NCBI RefSeq assembly: GCF_006345805.1
Contig: NC_042998.1
Location: 125,922,001-125,986,000 of the forward strand
Direction of reading: 5' to 3'
Source: Octopus sinensis
Taxonomy: Eukaryota
Length of the DNA: 64,000 nt
Shown here: in pieces, positions 13,050-25,603 of the stretch
Layout: every line of letters begins with the position of its first letter
Numbering within the stretch: the stretch's first letter is position 1
Translations under genes and position numbers: made by a program
The notes under the pieces: generated by a model
The model's input: only the letters and a program-made list of their open reading frames with translations
Databases searched by the model: none
Told to the model about the DNA's origin: nothing

Positions 13050-14351
13050 CGGCGAGCTTCTTTCAGTTTCCGTCTACCAACTCCACTCACAATGCTTTGG
13101 TCGGCCCGATATGTGTGTGTGTGTGGGGGGGTATTCATCTGAATCTAAATTTTGCTGAACTTATCCGGGTCACCCATCACCTCCAATAGCAATGAAACTT
13201 CAATGTGGGCGTCTATCAGCAAGAAACAACCAGAAAAATCAACCTCAAATTGTATCGTTTTATTGCATTTGATGATTTGATAATAGTCTGACACATTTTA
13301 ACCTAAGACTATACAACGATCACAACAGCAACAATAACAACTAGCTTCTCAACTCATCACAGACACATCACCAAACGTAAAGCTCACACACACACACACG
13401 CACACACACAATCACACATAGAAGCCTAAGAATTCCAGTAATGTACTAAGGCTGCTTAAAACGACTAATAAATTTGAGGCCTTGTATCAAATCGTTTTCT
13501 CTTTTTTTCTTTTTTCAACTTCTTTCCCTTATTTACCTTTTCTTTTTTCATCACACCACCATCATTATCATCGACGTCGTAGTCATCGCCATCGTCGTTA
13601 CCATTATTATCATCATTATCTCCTTGTTCTGTTATCTGTCGTTGTATTTTGACTCAGTAAAATGTTGGAGTTAAACTGTTTTGCAGTGTTTAAGTCAAGC
13701 TCTTTTATATTCTCAGTTCAACTTTCGCCTTTTGCCTTTTCGATGTCGAACAGATTAAGTAGCTGTCGAGTACCGGAGTCTCTTCACGTGCCTCCATCAA
13801 GCTCGAAAATCTCTGTGAACCAACCTCACCAGAATTTAGGGTATTATAAGTATCTTAGAAATCTTGACTACTCTTTACTAACTCCTGTGATTCATTGGTT
13901 TATCGAGATAATAGGACGACAAGTATGGTTCTTCTAAATAGATCTCCTGCACGTCAGAGGTAAGGTTTGCCGTGGTACGAAATGAACTTAAAACTGCCGT
14001 TTAAGAACACAATTCTCAGATTTACACAGGGCTACTGCTGCTTATGATGGTGAGCTGGTGCAACGTTATGTTACCTACTTACAGTTAAGTCAACTGTACC
14101 ATTTGAAGTCAAGCATGTTAGGCATAGCTACATTCAAGCACTGCTGGCAAAATACGGACGGCGAAACCTTTAACTAGTTCTCTGATACCCTGCTGACACA
14201 ATCAATTCATGTTTCAGCGCATGTACATGCAAACTAATTGATCTTCCTCGTTCCAATGCATTAAACAAATCACATTAATTCTCAATGCAACCTTAAGGTA
14301 ACGATGATGTAAAACTACCAAATTAATTGCCGTTATTATTCACTTAATCAA

Positions 14352-14752
14352 AGGCGGTGAACTAGCGAAACTGTTAGCACGCCGGGGCAAAATCCTAAGC
14401 GGCATTTCGTCTGTCTTTCATCCTTTCGGGGTCGATAAAATAAGCACCAGTTGAGCCCTGGGGGTCGGTGTAATCGATTAGCACCCTCCACAAAATTTCA
14501 GGCCTTGTACCTATAGCAGAAAGAGTTATTCACTTATTGAAGGCGGCGAGCTGGCAGAATCGTCAGCACACCGGGTAAAATGCTTAGCAGCATTTCGTCC
14601 GTCTTTACTTTCTGAGTTCAAATTCCGCCGAGGTCGACTTTGCCTTTCATCCTTTCGGGGCCGATAAAAAAAAGTACCAGTCAAGCACTGGGGGATCGCT
14701 ATACTCAACCTCTTCCGAAGTTTCTCACTTTGTGCCAAAATTCGAAGCCATT
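14352..14752 (+). mobile_element. Two tandem SINE family A copies
   Basis: Heads start at about 14352 and 14540 and share the core motif; the first has an internal deletion. Confidence 0.85.
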
Positions 14753-15671
14753 TTTATTCATTTATTTTTAATACATACTTTTATTGCACCACCGTGTGCA
14801 GCTTTGTGCCAGGGGAATGTGCAGTATTTTGATTTAGGTTTGTTATTTTTACTGAACTGGAAATACCCTACATAGTATGTGAGTGATGCCTAGCAGTGCT
14901 ATTTTCGGGATATTGTATATTTGTAAGTCCTGGGGGTTTGTTTATATATTTATCTGTTGTTGTTTTTTTTTGTTTTTGTTTTTGGGTTTTTTTTCAAACC
15001 ATTTCAAAAGTACTATTATCAGGATTGCTTCTGTTTTCAGGCTCCACATTCAGGTTGCATCTAGATCTTCATACTTTGATCATTTCTTTATTTCTTTGAA
15101 GATACATTATCATCTACTGGGACTGATATATCGATTAGGATTGCAAACAGAATCTTCAGCATGTCGGACACTGCTTAGCGGCATTTTTTCTGGCTTTTTT
15201 AAATTTCTGTTTCGAGTTCAAATCACTCCGAGGCCAACTTTACTTATCATCCTTTCGGAGTTAATAAAATAAAGTTCCAATCGAGTACTGGGGTCAATGA
15301 AAATTACTAAAACCCTCACCCTAAAATTGCTGGTCTTGAGCCAAAATTTGAGCTTGTTTTTTATTTACTAAATACCAGTCAAACATTTGGGTCGATGAAA
15401 CATCCCCTACGCAAATTTCAGGATTATTAGGAACAGTTGTTCAGGGCTGTAGATTGTCAGTATCGTTTGAATGTCGGAAAGAATGCTTTGCAATAGTTTT
15501 ATTTTATTTTTTTTTTTTTTCGTTTCTTTACGTGCTGAGTTCAGATCATGCCGAGGTCAATTTTACCTTTCCCCTTTGCGTGTTCGATCAAAGTACCAGT
15601 CAAGTAGTCTTCCCCATCTAATTTTCAGATCTTGTGTACATATTAAAAATAATTATTATTATTAAAACTAA

Positions 15672-15875
15672 GGGGGCAGGATCGTTAGCGCCCAAGACAA
15701 AATTCTTAACATTTCTTCCGACATTACCTTCTGAGTTCAAATTCCGCCACGGTTGACTTTGCTTTTCATCCCTTTTGTAGTCGATGAAATAAGTGCCAGT
15801 CAAATACTGAGGTTGATGTAACTGTCTAGTCCTCCACTCCCCAAATTTAAGCCTTGCGTCTATAGCAGAAAGGAT
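15672..15875 (+). mobile_element. SINE family A (more degenerate copies at ~15150-15350 and ~15500-15600)
   Basis: B-box, core and GCCTTG tail motifs are present. Confidence 0.8.
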
Positions 15876-15879
15876 TATT

Positions 15880-15952
<73 letters not shown>

Positions 15953-16239
15953 ATATATCAATCGAAGTGTACAGTGTTATATATCCTTTACGGCTGATCT
16001 TACCAATCGATTTTGCACCAGAGGTTCAACGGAGTATTAGGTAACAGTCTAATTATGTAAACCCACACTCATCAGAGGTAGCTGTGGTGGAGTGAAATAC
16101 TCCTGGGTATGACTTTACACTACATCCAATAGTGGGGCTCTGGTTCGAAAGTTCTAGGGTTTTAAGGAGTGTGGGGCAGCCGCTTAGCCATTATTCTTCC
16201 CAGGTTTATTCTGACCCGGAAGGTTCCTAGCAATGGGAT

Positions 16240-16700
16240 AATTTGCTAGTCAGTCGAGCAGATGGAGCTCGTTAGCTTGGTGGGTGGCAACCTATTTAGA
16301 AGAAGGAAAACCCTGATTCCAAACTTTCGCTAACTTGCAACAATACCCCGTCATGGGTAAATATTTCAAGAGTAAAACCCAAGGGAAAAAAATCGGGAGC
16401 CAAAGCTCCTGAGGCAGTTCGACATTGTCTACAACCACGTTCTTGCAACACCTGCGACGATGCTGGTGCCATGCTATTTCTTTGGATTTATCAGTGATGT
16501 GGAGAGACGAGATACGCTGCTTGGACACCAACGTATCCTCCATACAGTACTGTCCAGGTTTGGGTCCTATCCGAACGCCCTACACGGGAGTGACTGATGA
16601 ATGCAGCGGAAGAAAGGCGGATCCACAGAAAAGAGCACTATAGCTCAAACCGCACCAGGACCGCCCACAAGTACGGCTTGTGTAGTGGAGGCGCCCGTTC
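16240..16700 (+). mobile_element. Possible 5' leader region of an RTE-type LINE
   Basis: GGCAACCT..GAAGGAAAACCCTGATTCCAAAC.. and GCAACACCTGCGACGATGCTGGTGCC resemble RTE 5' UTRs, from memory only. No coding motif is seen. Confidence 0.3.
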
Positions 16701-17724
16701 ATGTCTCAGATTCTTCAGGCACTGACAACGCTGATCATTTATGGTGATTAATGACATCCGGATGTCTCTCGACCCCCCCTTCTCTCTCTCTCTCTCCCTC
16801 TCTGGACATTTTAGAGTAACCCAATACTATTACTGACTGTATAAATAAAGCCACGAATATTAAAGGTCCCTACGTTAGGGATATTTTAGAAAATGGTATT
16901 TTGATGATTATGCTAAATTTAAAGGATGTTATTTTATACGTGTGTATGTATGTATGTATGTATGTATGTATGTATGTATGTATGTATGTATGTATGTATG
17001 TATAGATTGTAAGACTGAATATCTATGTATCTATTGATCTGTGTGTGTCTGTGTGTGCGCGCGCGTGTGTGTGTGTGTGTTTGCGATTGTGAATGTGTAC
17101 GGAATTTTAACAATATAATATAAATTACGAATACGTGACTCTACCATGTATCTACACGTGGAATAGAGTATATATTTGTTTACATTTGCTTGTTTACATG
17201 TGTCACTCAATGTGACAGTATGTATGTATGTATGTATGTATGTATGTATGTATGTATGTATGTATGTATGTATGATTGTGTGTATGCATGTATATATGTG
17301 TGTTTATATATGTACATATATATATATATTAACAAAGGGTAAAATTAATCAATCAAGAAGTAATCAATAATTTCACCAAGTAGAATTCGGTATGAAAAAA
17401 GGACCATTTCACAGCAAACTTAAGTAATACAAATAAAAGGGTTCAGCAAAGATTTGCTTCACCACACACCGAAGTGTGTGTGTACGTGTGTGTGTGTGTG
17501 CGTGTGTGTGCGTGCGTGTATGTGTATGCGTGTGTATGTGTGCGTATGTGTATTGACTTATGATCTGACTGTTATATAGTAAAACTATGCCCCTGTCAAC
17601 TACCATGTAGTGTATGTAGCCCACAGAACTCGGGAAACCGGCTTTTTAGCCATATATATATGGTTCAGGAAAAACGTTTGATGCTACATTTTGTACACAC
17701 ACGTATGTGTGGGTACGCGCGCAT

Positions 17725-17787
<63 letters not shown>

Positions 17788-18344
17788 TGTGTGTCTGCGT
17801 GTTATACATAGATAGAGAAAGAAAGGGAGGTAAAAGGAATGTATACACTGACAAAGAACAGATTAGCACAGACGGGGTTGACATACATATGTAAATATAC
17901 ATATATAGTATATATATTCACATGTATACAAACACGTATCCGTGTGTCTGTGTGTGTATGTGTATGTGTACAAGGGAACACTGTGACAGATCTAAGGAAG
18001 ACAGAAATCTCACAGAAAACTAAATTGCTGTCATCTGAGAATGCAAAAAACATGTTGTTTCAAGGCAACGCCCTTGGATTTTGTCAGCGTATTCGTTGTT
18101 GCTGTTGCTGCTGTCGTCCTTAGCTTATTTTTTGCTTTCTAACTTCTTGTTAATGCTGTTGCAGCAAATGTACTTGCATACTGTTTGTTATCGTTGTTGC
18201 TTTTTGTTGTCGTCGTCCATATTGTCCAATACCACTTATGTATTTTTTTATTGCTGTTATTGTTACTTCTACTACTGTTACTACTGATACTTCCGATGAT
18301 GATGATGATGATGGGTGTTCCGATATCATTATTATTTGTTGTTA

Positions 18345-18830
18345 ATGTGGCAAGCTAGCAGAACCGTTAGCGAGTCGGATAAAATGCTTAGCGGCATTTC
18401 ATCCGGCTCTTTTACTCTCTGTGCTCAAATCCCGTCGAGCTCAACTTTGCCTTCCATCCCTTCAGGATCGATAAAATAAAGTACCAGCCAACTACCGAGG
18501 TGAATGCAATTGACTTACTCTTCCCGCTAAAAGTGCTGGCCTTGTACCAAATTTCAAAACCAGTATTTGTCGTTTTTAAAAGCTGACAGAATCATTAGTG
18601 CGGTAGAAGAAATGCTTAGCAACATTTTCTCCCGACTTTACGTTCTGAGTTCAAATGCCTCCATGGTGGACTTTGCCTTTCATCCTTCCTGGTTGGCAGA
18701 ATTGGTTTCGTACTGGACAAAATGTCTTGACAGGGAGTTAGCAACGCTCTTTTATGTTCTGAGTTCAATTTAGACTGTGGTCGACATTGTTTCCCACCCT
18801 TGTAGAATCAATAAAATATGTACCACTCAG
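18345..18830 (+). mobile_element. Cluster of degenerate SINE family A copies
   Basis: Repeated AAATGCTTAGC, GAGTTCAAAT and CTTTGCCTTTCATCC motifs. Confidence 0.75.
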
Positions 18831-18857
18831 GTACATATTTTATTATTGTTATTGCAG

Positions 18858-18888
<31 letters not shown>

Positions 18889-19270
18889 AACTACTACTTC
18901 TGCTACTACTACTACTGCTGCTGCTACTACTACTACTACTACTACTACTAAAACCACTGCTACTGTTCACGGCCTACGATAAATAACATTTAAATTACAG
19001 CCTACTGTCTTCATAAAGAGAGGACACAGAGATAAAGTAGTCTTCGATACATGTAATAATACGGAATTATCATGGAATTCGGAAGTATTCGTTCTTTATT
19101 TTTCAGACGGAATACATTGTTCAATGTCAATATATTCTTACGAAGAATATTTCTATTAGTGAAGATTACAAGTTTCCAACCAGCCAATCACTATTTCAAT
19201 GCATTTCTGACTAAGTGAGTGGCAAAGGAATATATAAAGGACTTTGAAATGCAATATTTTTATTATTTTA

Positions 19271-19945
19271 GGCGGTGAAAGGCGGCGAGCTAGCAGAAAC
19301 GTAGCACGCTGGGCGAAATGCTTAGCAGTATTTCATCTGTACTTACGTTCTGAGTTCAAATTCCGCCGAGGTCGACTTCGCCTTTCACCCTTTCGGGGTC
19401 GATAAATAAAGTACTAGTCACGTACTGGGGTTGATCTAAACGACTGGTCCCCTCCCCCAAAATTTCAGCCTTTGTGCCTAGAGTACAAAAGAATACTTTT
19501 TATTATTTTAGGCGGCGAAAGGCGGCGAACTGGCAGAATCGTTAGCATGCTGGACGAAATGTTTTGCGGCATTTCGCCCGTCTTGAGTTCAAATTCCACT
19601 AAGGTCGACTTTGTCTTTCATCCTTTCGGGGTCGATAAAATAAGTAGCAGTTACGCACTGTGGTCGATGTAATCGACTTATCCACTCCTCAAAATTTCAG
19701 GCCTTGTGCCTGTAATAGAATATATTATTTTAGGCGGTGAGCTGACAGAAACGTTAGCACGCCGGACGAAGTGTTTAGAGGTATTTCGCCCGTCGCTACG
19801 TTTTGAGTTCAAATTCCGCCGAGGTCGACTTTGCATTTCATCCTTTCAGGGTCGATAAATTAACTACCAGTTGTGTACTGGGTCGATCTAATCGACTGAG
19901 CCCCTCCCCCAAAATTTCGGGCCTTGTGCCAAAAGTAGAAAAGAA
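19271..19945 (+). mobile_element. Three head-to-tail SINE family A copies
   Basis: Heads start at about 19271, 19511 and 19733, each preceded by TATTATTTTA. Confidence 0.9.
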
Positions 19946-20804
19946 TATTTTTATTATTTTTTTCTGTTGATGTCTATAGACCTGACGGCAACCATAAGTG
20001 CATGCGCTTACACATATACACAAGATAGATTTTTACAGTTCCCAGCTGCCCAGTTCCAGTCAGAAGCTATAGGTCTAGGTCAACCTAAGGCAATCTCAGA
20101 ATACACGTTCACAAATTGGTGCGCAGTAGGGGTCGAACAGAGAACCAATTCGTTGCTAAGCGAGCACATTAAGCACAGAGCTATGGCAGCGGAAATTTTG
20201 TTGCGGTGGTTATTGTAATTCTTGATATCGATAGTGAAGCCACCTGGCATTCTACCCTTTCTTCCGTTTTCCCTGCTACCTGATCAAAAATAATTGTTTC
20301 TTGTAGAGATAAAAGACCAGAAATTTGTGTGCAGAGTACAGTCGTTGATAACAAACAACTCCAGAATTTGACTTATGCTTTATTTTATCAATTTCGAAAG
20401 GATGTAATACAAAGGTGACGGTGGCAGGATTTGAACTTGTAACGTAGCGAAGCAGAACTAATATTGCATGTAACGTAAAGAGGAGGAACAAATATTGCAT
20501 GCAACGTAAAGAGGCGGAACACATACTGCAAGGTTCAAACGATGCTATCAATCCACCCACCTGTCCTAGGCTAACAATAATAGCGTTTGTTCACTTGAAA
20601 AAGAAAAAGAGACTAGCAACAACGCTTACAATAATAACTGTCTCTTTACGAACATATAAATATACGCATTAAAATACACAAAGTTTAAAACAAACATTAT
20701 GCAGTCGTTCATATTCATTACTGCGAATACAACGTATAGGCATACAAGAGAGGCGAAAAAACAGACGGAAAGAGAGGCGATAGAGTCTCATATATGTAAT
20801 ATTG

Positions 20805-20968
20805 GTTTCAAATTTTGGCACAAGGCCAGCAATTTAGGGAAGGATAAGTCAGTTATATCAACCCTAGCGCTCAACTGATATTTATTTTATCGACACCGAA
20901 AGGATAAAAGGTAAAGTCGGCCTCGGCGGAATTTGAACTCAGAGTGTAAAGACGTACGAAATGCCGTC
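20805..20968 (-). mobile_element. SINE family A (another degenerate copy at ~20290-20540)
   Basis: Reverse-strand core CCTCGGCGGAATTTGAACTCAGA. Confidence 0.8.
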
Positions 20969-21185
20969 GCCTTTATCACATATGTGATATTGAGATGAAA
21001 AATTTCGATAACTGAATTTATCCTTGCAATTCGAACTCAAAATCTCCCGTTAGAGGTGTTTAAAATTCAGAAACAACAAGTAGGAACGATAACTCTAATA
21101 ATATCAGCTAATCCAAATTTGGAAGAAATAGAAGCAATGTATTTAGGAGTGGATATTATCTTAAAGCCAACTGATAAAATTAAGA

Positions 21186-21216
21186 GACACGTTTCAATCT
21201 GGTTAGATCTCATCAG
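21186..21216 (-). ncRNA. Minimal hammerhead-like core, probably degenerate
   Basis: Minus strand reads CUGAUGA-GAUCU-aacc-AGAUU-GAAAC-GU-GUC. Stem I is not evident. Confidence 0.4.
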
Positions 21217-21339
21217 CGGATAACATTAAACTCAACTGGATAAAATTAGAGGAAATTAGTGTATATAGAAATTGTAGGAAAGAAGTCCTTTGACTAAATT
21301 ATTAATAAAATCGAATAAAAAGATATTTTTTTAATAACC

Positions 21340-24300
21340 TTTTCTTTTACTGTCGTTAGGGCGGATATTGAAGGGACGTTATCGGGCAAGCTAGGAAACA
21401 TGTAATGGTTTACAGGAAATTGGATGAATATGAATGTGATGGCGTACACAGTATATAAGTGCACGGTAAAGTTCCCAGCGAGGAGAATCTGCATATACGG
21501 CCAATCAAAGAATTTCACCAGATTAACCTAACTACTAAGGATAAGTGTCCTCAGAGCTGTCATTCCCTGCCTTCAAGCACATGCTGATAATAGGTTCATT
21601 CACTTGTACCATGCTCGCTGCTCACATCAAGTCAGGTGTCAGGTGTTCAATCTTGATCTTCGTTTAACTTAGTGCTAGAGCTCTACCAATGAGACAAACT
21701 GTAGAAAACTTATTTGACAAAAGGCAACCACACCTGTTCATAATCCAGGGATCTCTACATATGTCACAACCTCAGGGATATCTGTCTGTCATTAGCCACG
21801 GCATACCGAACACTCAGAGGTTTGGGGCACACATGAACTGCCTGATCAATAGAAAAGTCCTCAAGAAGCGAAAGAACAGATGCTCTCTTATCTGGTCAGA
21901 CGAAAACTCGGTTAAAGAAAGATGTTCTGTCGATCGAGCGCCCAACTTAACTAGCCGGTGATATTTATTTGCCTCTCCAGATTCCGAGCAGCATGCACAC
22001 CACCTTTCCATTAAAATTTTTACTTATTTCACTGCATCGTATTCTCTTACAATGTTATGGTGTCAGACACCAAAGACATGGAATCTGTGGAATCCGACAT
22101 CACAGTCACGTCGTCTGCATACTTATTTTTGTCTTATTTTTCACTACGAAAAATTACCTTGGGAAGATTTTTTGCCTCAACTTCACCGTACGATAAGATT
22201 TCGGAATCAAAATGGTCTTGGGCCTGTGTGAACGTTTGTGTTTTGCAAGGAGATGGCACAGTTGAACGACTTCTTTTTATTATGATGGCAGATTTTACTA
22301 ATGTTTTTTGTCGGGTGTCTGTTGTTAAAAGTGTTGTTGCTGTTGAGGTTGCTATTGCTATAGTAGCTACTGCTCTACTGCTACTGCTGTTGTTTTCATT
22401 GTTGCAGACTTTCCTTCTTTAGCCTTCTGTTTTGGGTAGGAGGCCCTTTGGTGGCTGAGGGTACCATACATATGACACCTGGACCTTCTCCATTCTACTC
22501 CCTGAAACCTCTAATGTTTGGAAGCTTGACCAGATGTGAGATACTCTCAAAATTTTCCTGCTTCATATAGATTAAGGCCTCAATTCCTATCATCGACCAA
22601 TTTTCTTGATGTTGTTTTTTATAAATCCAAGAATCTCGTGCCCACTTCTTGCTATGAGCAGAAGACTACTGCTTCTAGATACCAGATGCCTATATTTGGC
22701 GGCGTACCTACCACCTTCATTTTCTCCACATATCAACTCATACAGGGACCGATGAGTGGAGAAGCTGAAATCCTCGATCTTCACTGGAATAGAAGAGTAT
22801 CTTCAACAGGAATTTGGTCTGGACTGTCCTATATCTTTAGCCCTCTCCTTTGAATGGGAGTGACGAAAGCCAATCTACTTCCAAATGACCAAAGGCATTT
22901 GTTTAGCTGGGGCTGTGTGGCCCTTCTACATGTCGGTTCCTCGTCCCTGTGCACGTGTAAGGCATTGTACACCACACAACCTCTGTCATTACATCAAGAG
23001 ACAAGACTTAGACAGTCTTCCTGCTTTGTTTCTGGATTAATCTTTTAGCCTTCAGGTTGTTTACATTTCATGTAAACATTTCACTAAAACCACATTTCAT
23101 GTGGTTTTAGTGATTTTTTGGGAGAGTCGCCTTTACTGCTATTTTACTGCAACTGGTAGTAGTGGTGGTGGGTGGGTGGGGTTGCGTGGCGTTAAGGGCT
23201 GTAGTGAATGTGATAGTAATGGCGATGATGGTGTTCGTCGTCTCCCTCGCTGTGCTGCTGGTCGGCAGGTTGGTGTTGATGCGAAAAACAACTTCGCTAG
23301 TCGTGGTTGTAACTGTGGTATCATCTGCTATTGTCTCTGCAACCCTCCTTCACATTGGTAATGGTGGCGGTCGTGTTATTGTTGCTCTTCGACATATAGA
23401 TGTTATTAATAATTTTCTGCTCATCCTTGTTGCTGGTGTTATTATTGCACAGCAGGTTATTATTATTGTTACTGTAGAGAAGGTATTTTTTGTGTTGTTG
23501 ACTAGGAAGAGGAGAAATCTTTGCTGGAGAAAGTAACTGCTTGTGTCACTTCCCACCTATCCCTCGCTTTGGCTGATTACCAAAGATGACGTCATTTTGG
23601 ATTAACTCTGCATGGGCTAAAACTTACGTCCCTCTTGTCCGTGTCCTTCGTCAGGAGTACTCTTCGGCCACAGAATTGAGAATTCTTCACTTCTGCTACG
23701 AGTTACTAAGATATCGGTGAACAAGTCTGCAAAGTTTTTAGGGCAATCCATCTAAACAAAGTGATTTGTCCCGAAAAATAAGAAATAGCTACTCAATGAG
23801 GACCATGAACATTCCCAGACTATCAGCTATCACTCCTTTTTCTGGACTCTTCCAAGCACAAAACCGAAAGGTCTATCCTCTTATCTAAACAATATTTTCT
23901 ACTTTCATCCACTACTTATAAAATTTCCTGAAGAACTTCTCCGCCATCGAGTTCTTCAGCATCAATTTATACTTGATGAAGTTAATTAAAGCTTATTTAT
24001 CGAAGAAAGAAAGCCTTGTCTTCGTTACTTTTAACTTCGTTCAGGTTAACTACCAGGTCTTTAAAAACTACTTGCACTTCCTTGGCAGAGAAACACGGCA
24101 ATGTTATTTTGCCAATGGTCTCGGACAACAGACATATACATCCTACACTGAATAATAGCCATACCACATTATCCCCCATGTCAGCAAATCGTACAGAACA
24201 AGTATGTGGCATTCCATTATCTCCGGTCATCTCTCATAAGCCCTACCAACGTTTCTATTTTAGCTGTAGAGATTATCCTTAACTGGGACCCTATCACCCA

Positions 24301-24540
24301 CTGTAGCACTGGTAGGCTAAGAACCTTTTGAAATTTATCAACAATCGTGACCGGAAATATCTTTCTAAACTGCTATCCAGCATATCCTTATTAAAAGTAA
24401 TTACATAAACAACATGAAAAAGAGCGAAGAGCAAGATATTTAAAATTTGCTGTTCACGTTTCCAGTTTGTACCACACACAGCGTAGCCAAGTTTCTTCCC
24501 TCTCTTCAAGAAAATTTATATTTCATTGAATTTTCCATTA
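21340..24540 (-). pseudogene. Candidate decayed intronless coding relic (processed pseudogene or TE-carried gene), identity unknown
   Basis: About 3 kb free of dinucleotide microsatellites. Minus-strand translations look protein-like but are broken by stops, with N/Q/T/H-rich codon runs. Several >100-aa antisense shadow ORFs lie on +. No poly-A, TSD or recognisable domain was found. Confidence 0.3.
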
Positions 24541-24641
24541 TCACAAATTCTTTTTATGCACCACTTCATCTCTACAAACCATCCTCAGTAGCTCTTTATG
24601 CTTTATTGTGACCTCCTTTCACACAAACTCTTACAATGTTT

Positions 24642-24728
<87 letters not shown>

Positions 24729-24808
24729 ATAAATAAAAGTTTTTATAGTGTGTGTGTGCATATATATATATATATATATGTATGTATATATATGTGTATG
24801 TATGTATG

Positions 24809-24844
<36 letters not shown>

Positions 24845-24893
24845 ATACATATATACATATATATACATACATACATACACACATACACACACA

Positions 24894-24925
<32 letters not shown>

Positions 24926-25391
24926 TGATGCACAGACACATTCCCTGTCTATTTTTCTATAGTCCTACTCTCTCTTCCTCTCTCTTTCTCTCTCTCTCTC
25001 TATCTCTCTCTCTCTCGACCTGCTTCATCAAATGTTTACATTCTTCATTGCGACCCGCTCTACTCAAAACACTAATGATAAGCCACTCCCAATTCACAAA
25101 CCAGTTGTTCTAAATCTTTATATTTCGTTGAGATCCTTTTATATCGCAAATCCTAGTCTTACATCACTTTCTCTCTCTTTCTCCCCACCCCCTCTCTCCC
25201 TCTCTCTTTCTCTCAATAAAATAGTTTCATCAGATCTGACCAACCTTCACCCCAAACAATAAATATGCACCTCTCTCGCTCTACAAAATCATCCCCATTC
25301 ATGAAATCTCTCTTCACAAATCCAGCCTCTGTTTCACTTTCACTCTATACTCTAGCTTCACTAGTTGCTTTGTAGTTTATGTAATTTCCAA

Positions 25392-25603
25392 GATACCGAG
25401 CTGGCAGAAACGTTAGCACGCAGGGCGAAATGCTTAGCGGTATTTCGTCTGTCTTTACATTCTGAGTTCAAATTTCGCCGAGGTCGACTTTGCCTTTCAT
25501 CCTTTAGGGGTCGAAAGATTAAGTACCAGTTGCGTACTGAGGTCGATCTAATCGACTGGCCTCCTCCCCCAAATTTCGGGCTTTGTGCCTAGAGTAGAAA
25601 AGA
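25392..25603 (+). mobile_element. SINE family A, well preserved
   Basis: Full head, core and tail. Confidence 0.9.

Noticed and set aside
21880-22050. Resemblance of DAVK*VKILMERW to the REV1 C-terminal domain
   Set aside because: The match is short and does not extend convincingly, so I assigned no gene name.
22090-22135. Minus-strand YADDVTVMS as an RT catalytic motif
   Set aside because: No other RT motifs occur at the expected spacing, so it is probably chance within a Ser/Thr/Asp-rich tract.
22205-22290. Minus-strand NVHTGPRPF as a C2H2 zinc-finger linker
   Set aside because: The Cys/His spacing of a finger is absent and no adjacent finger exists.
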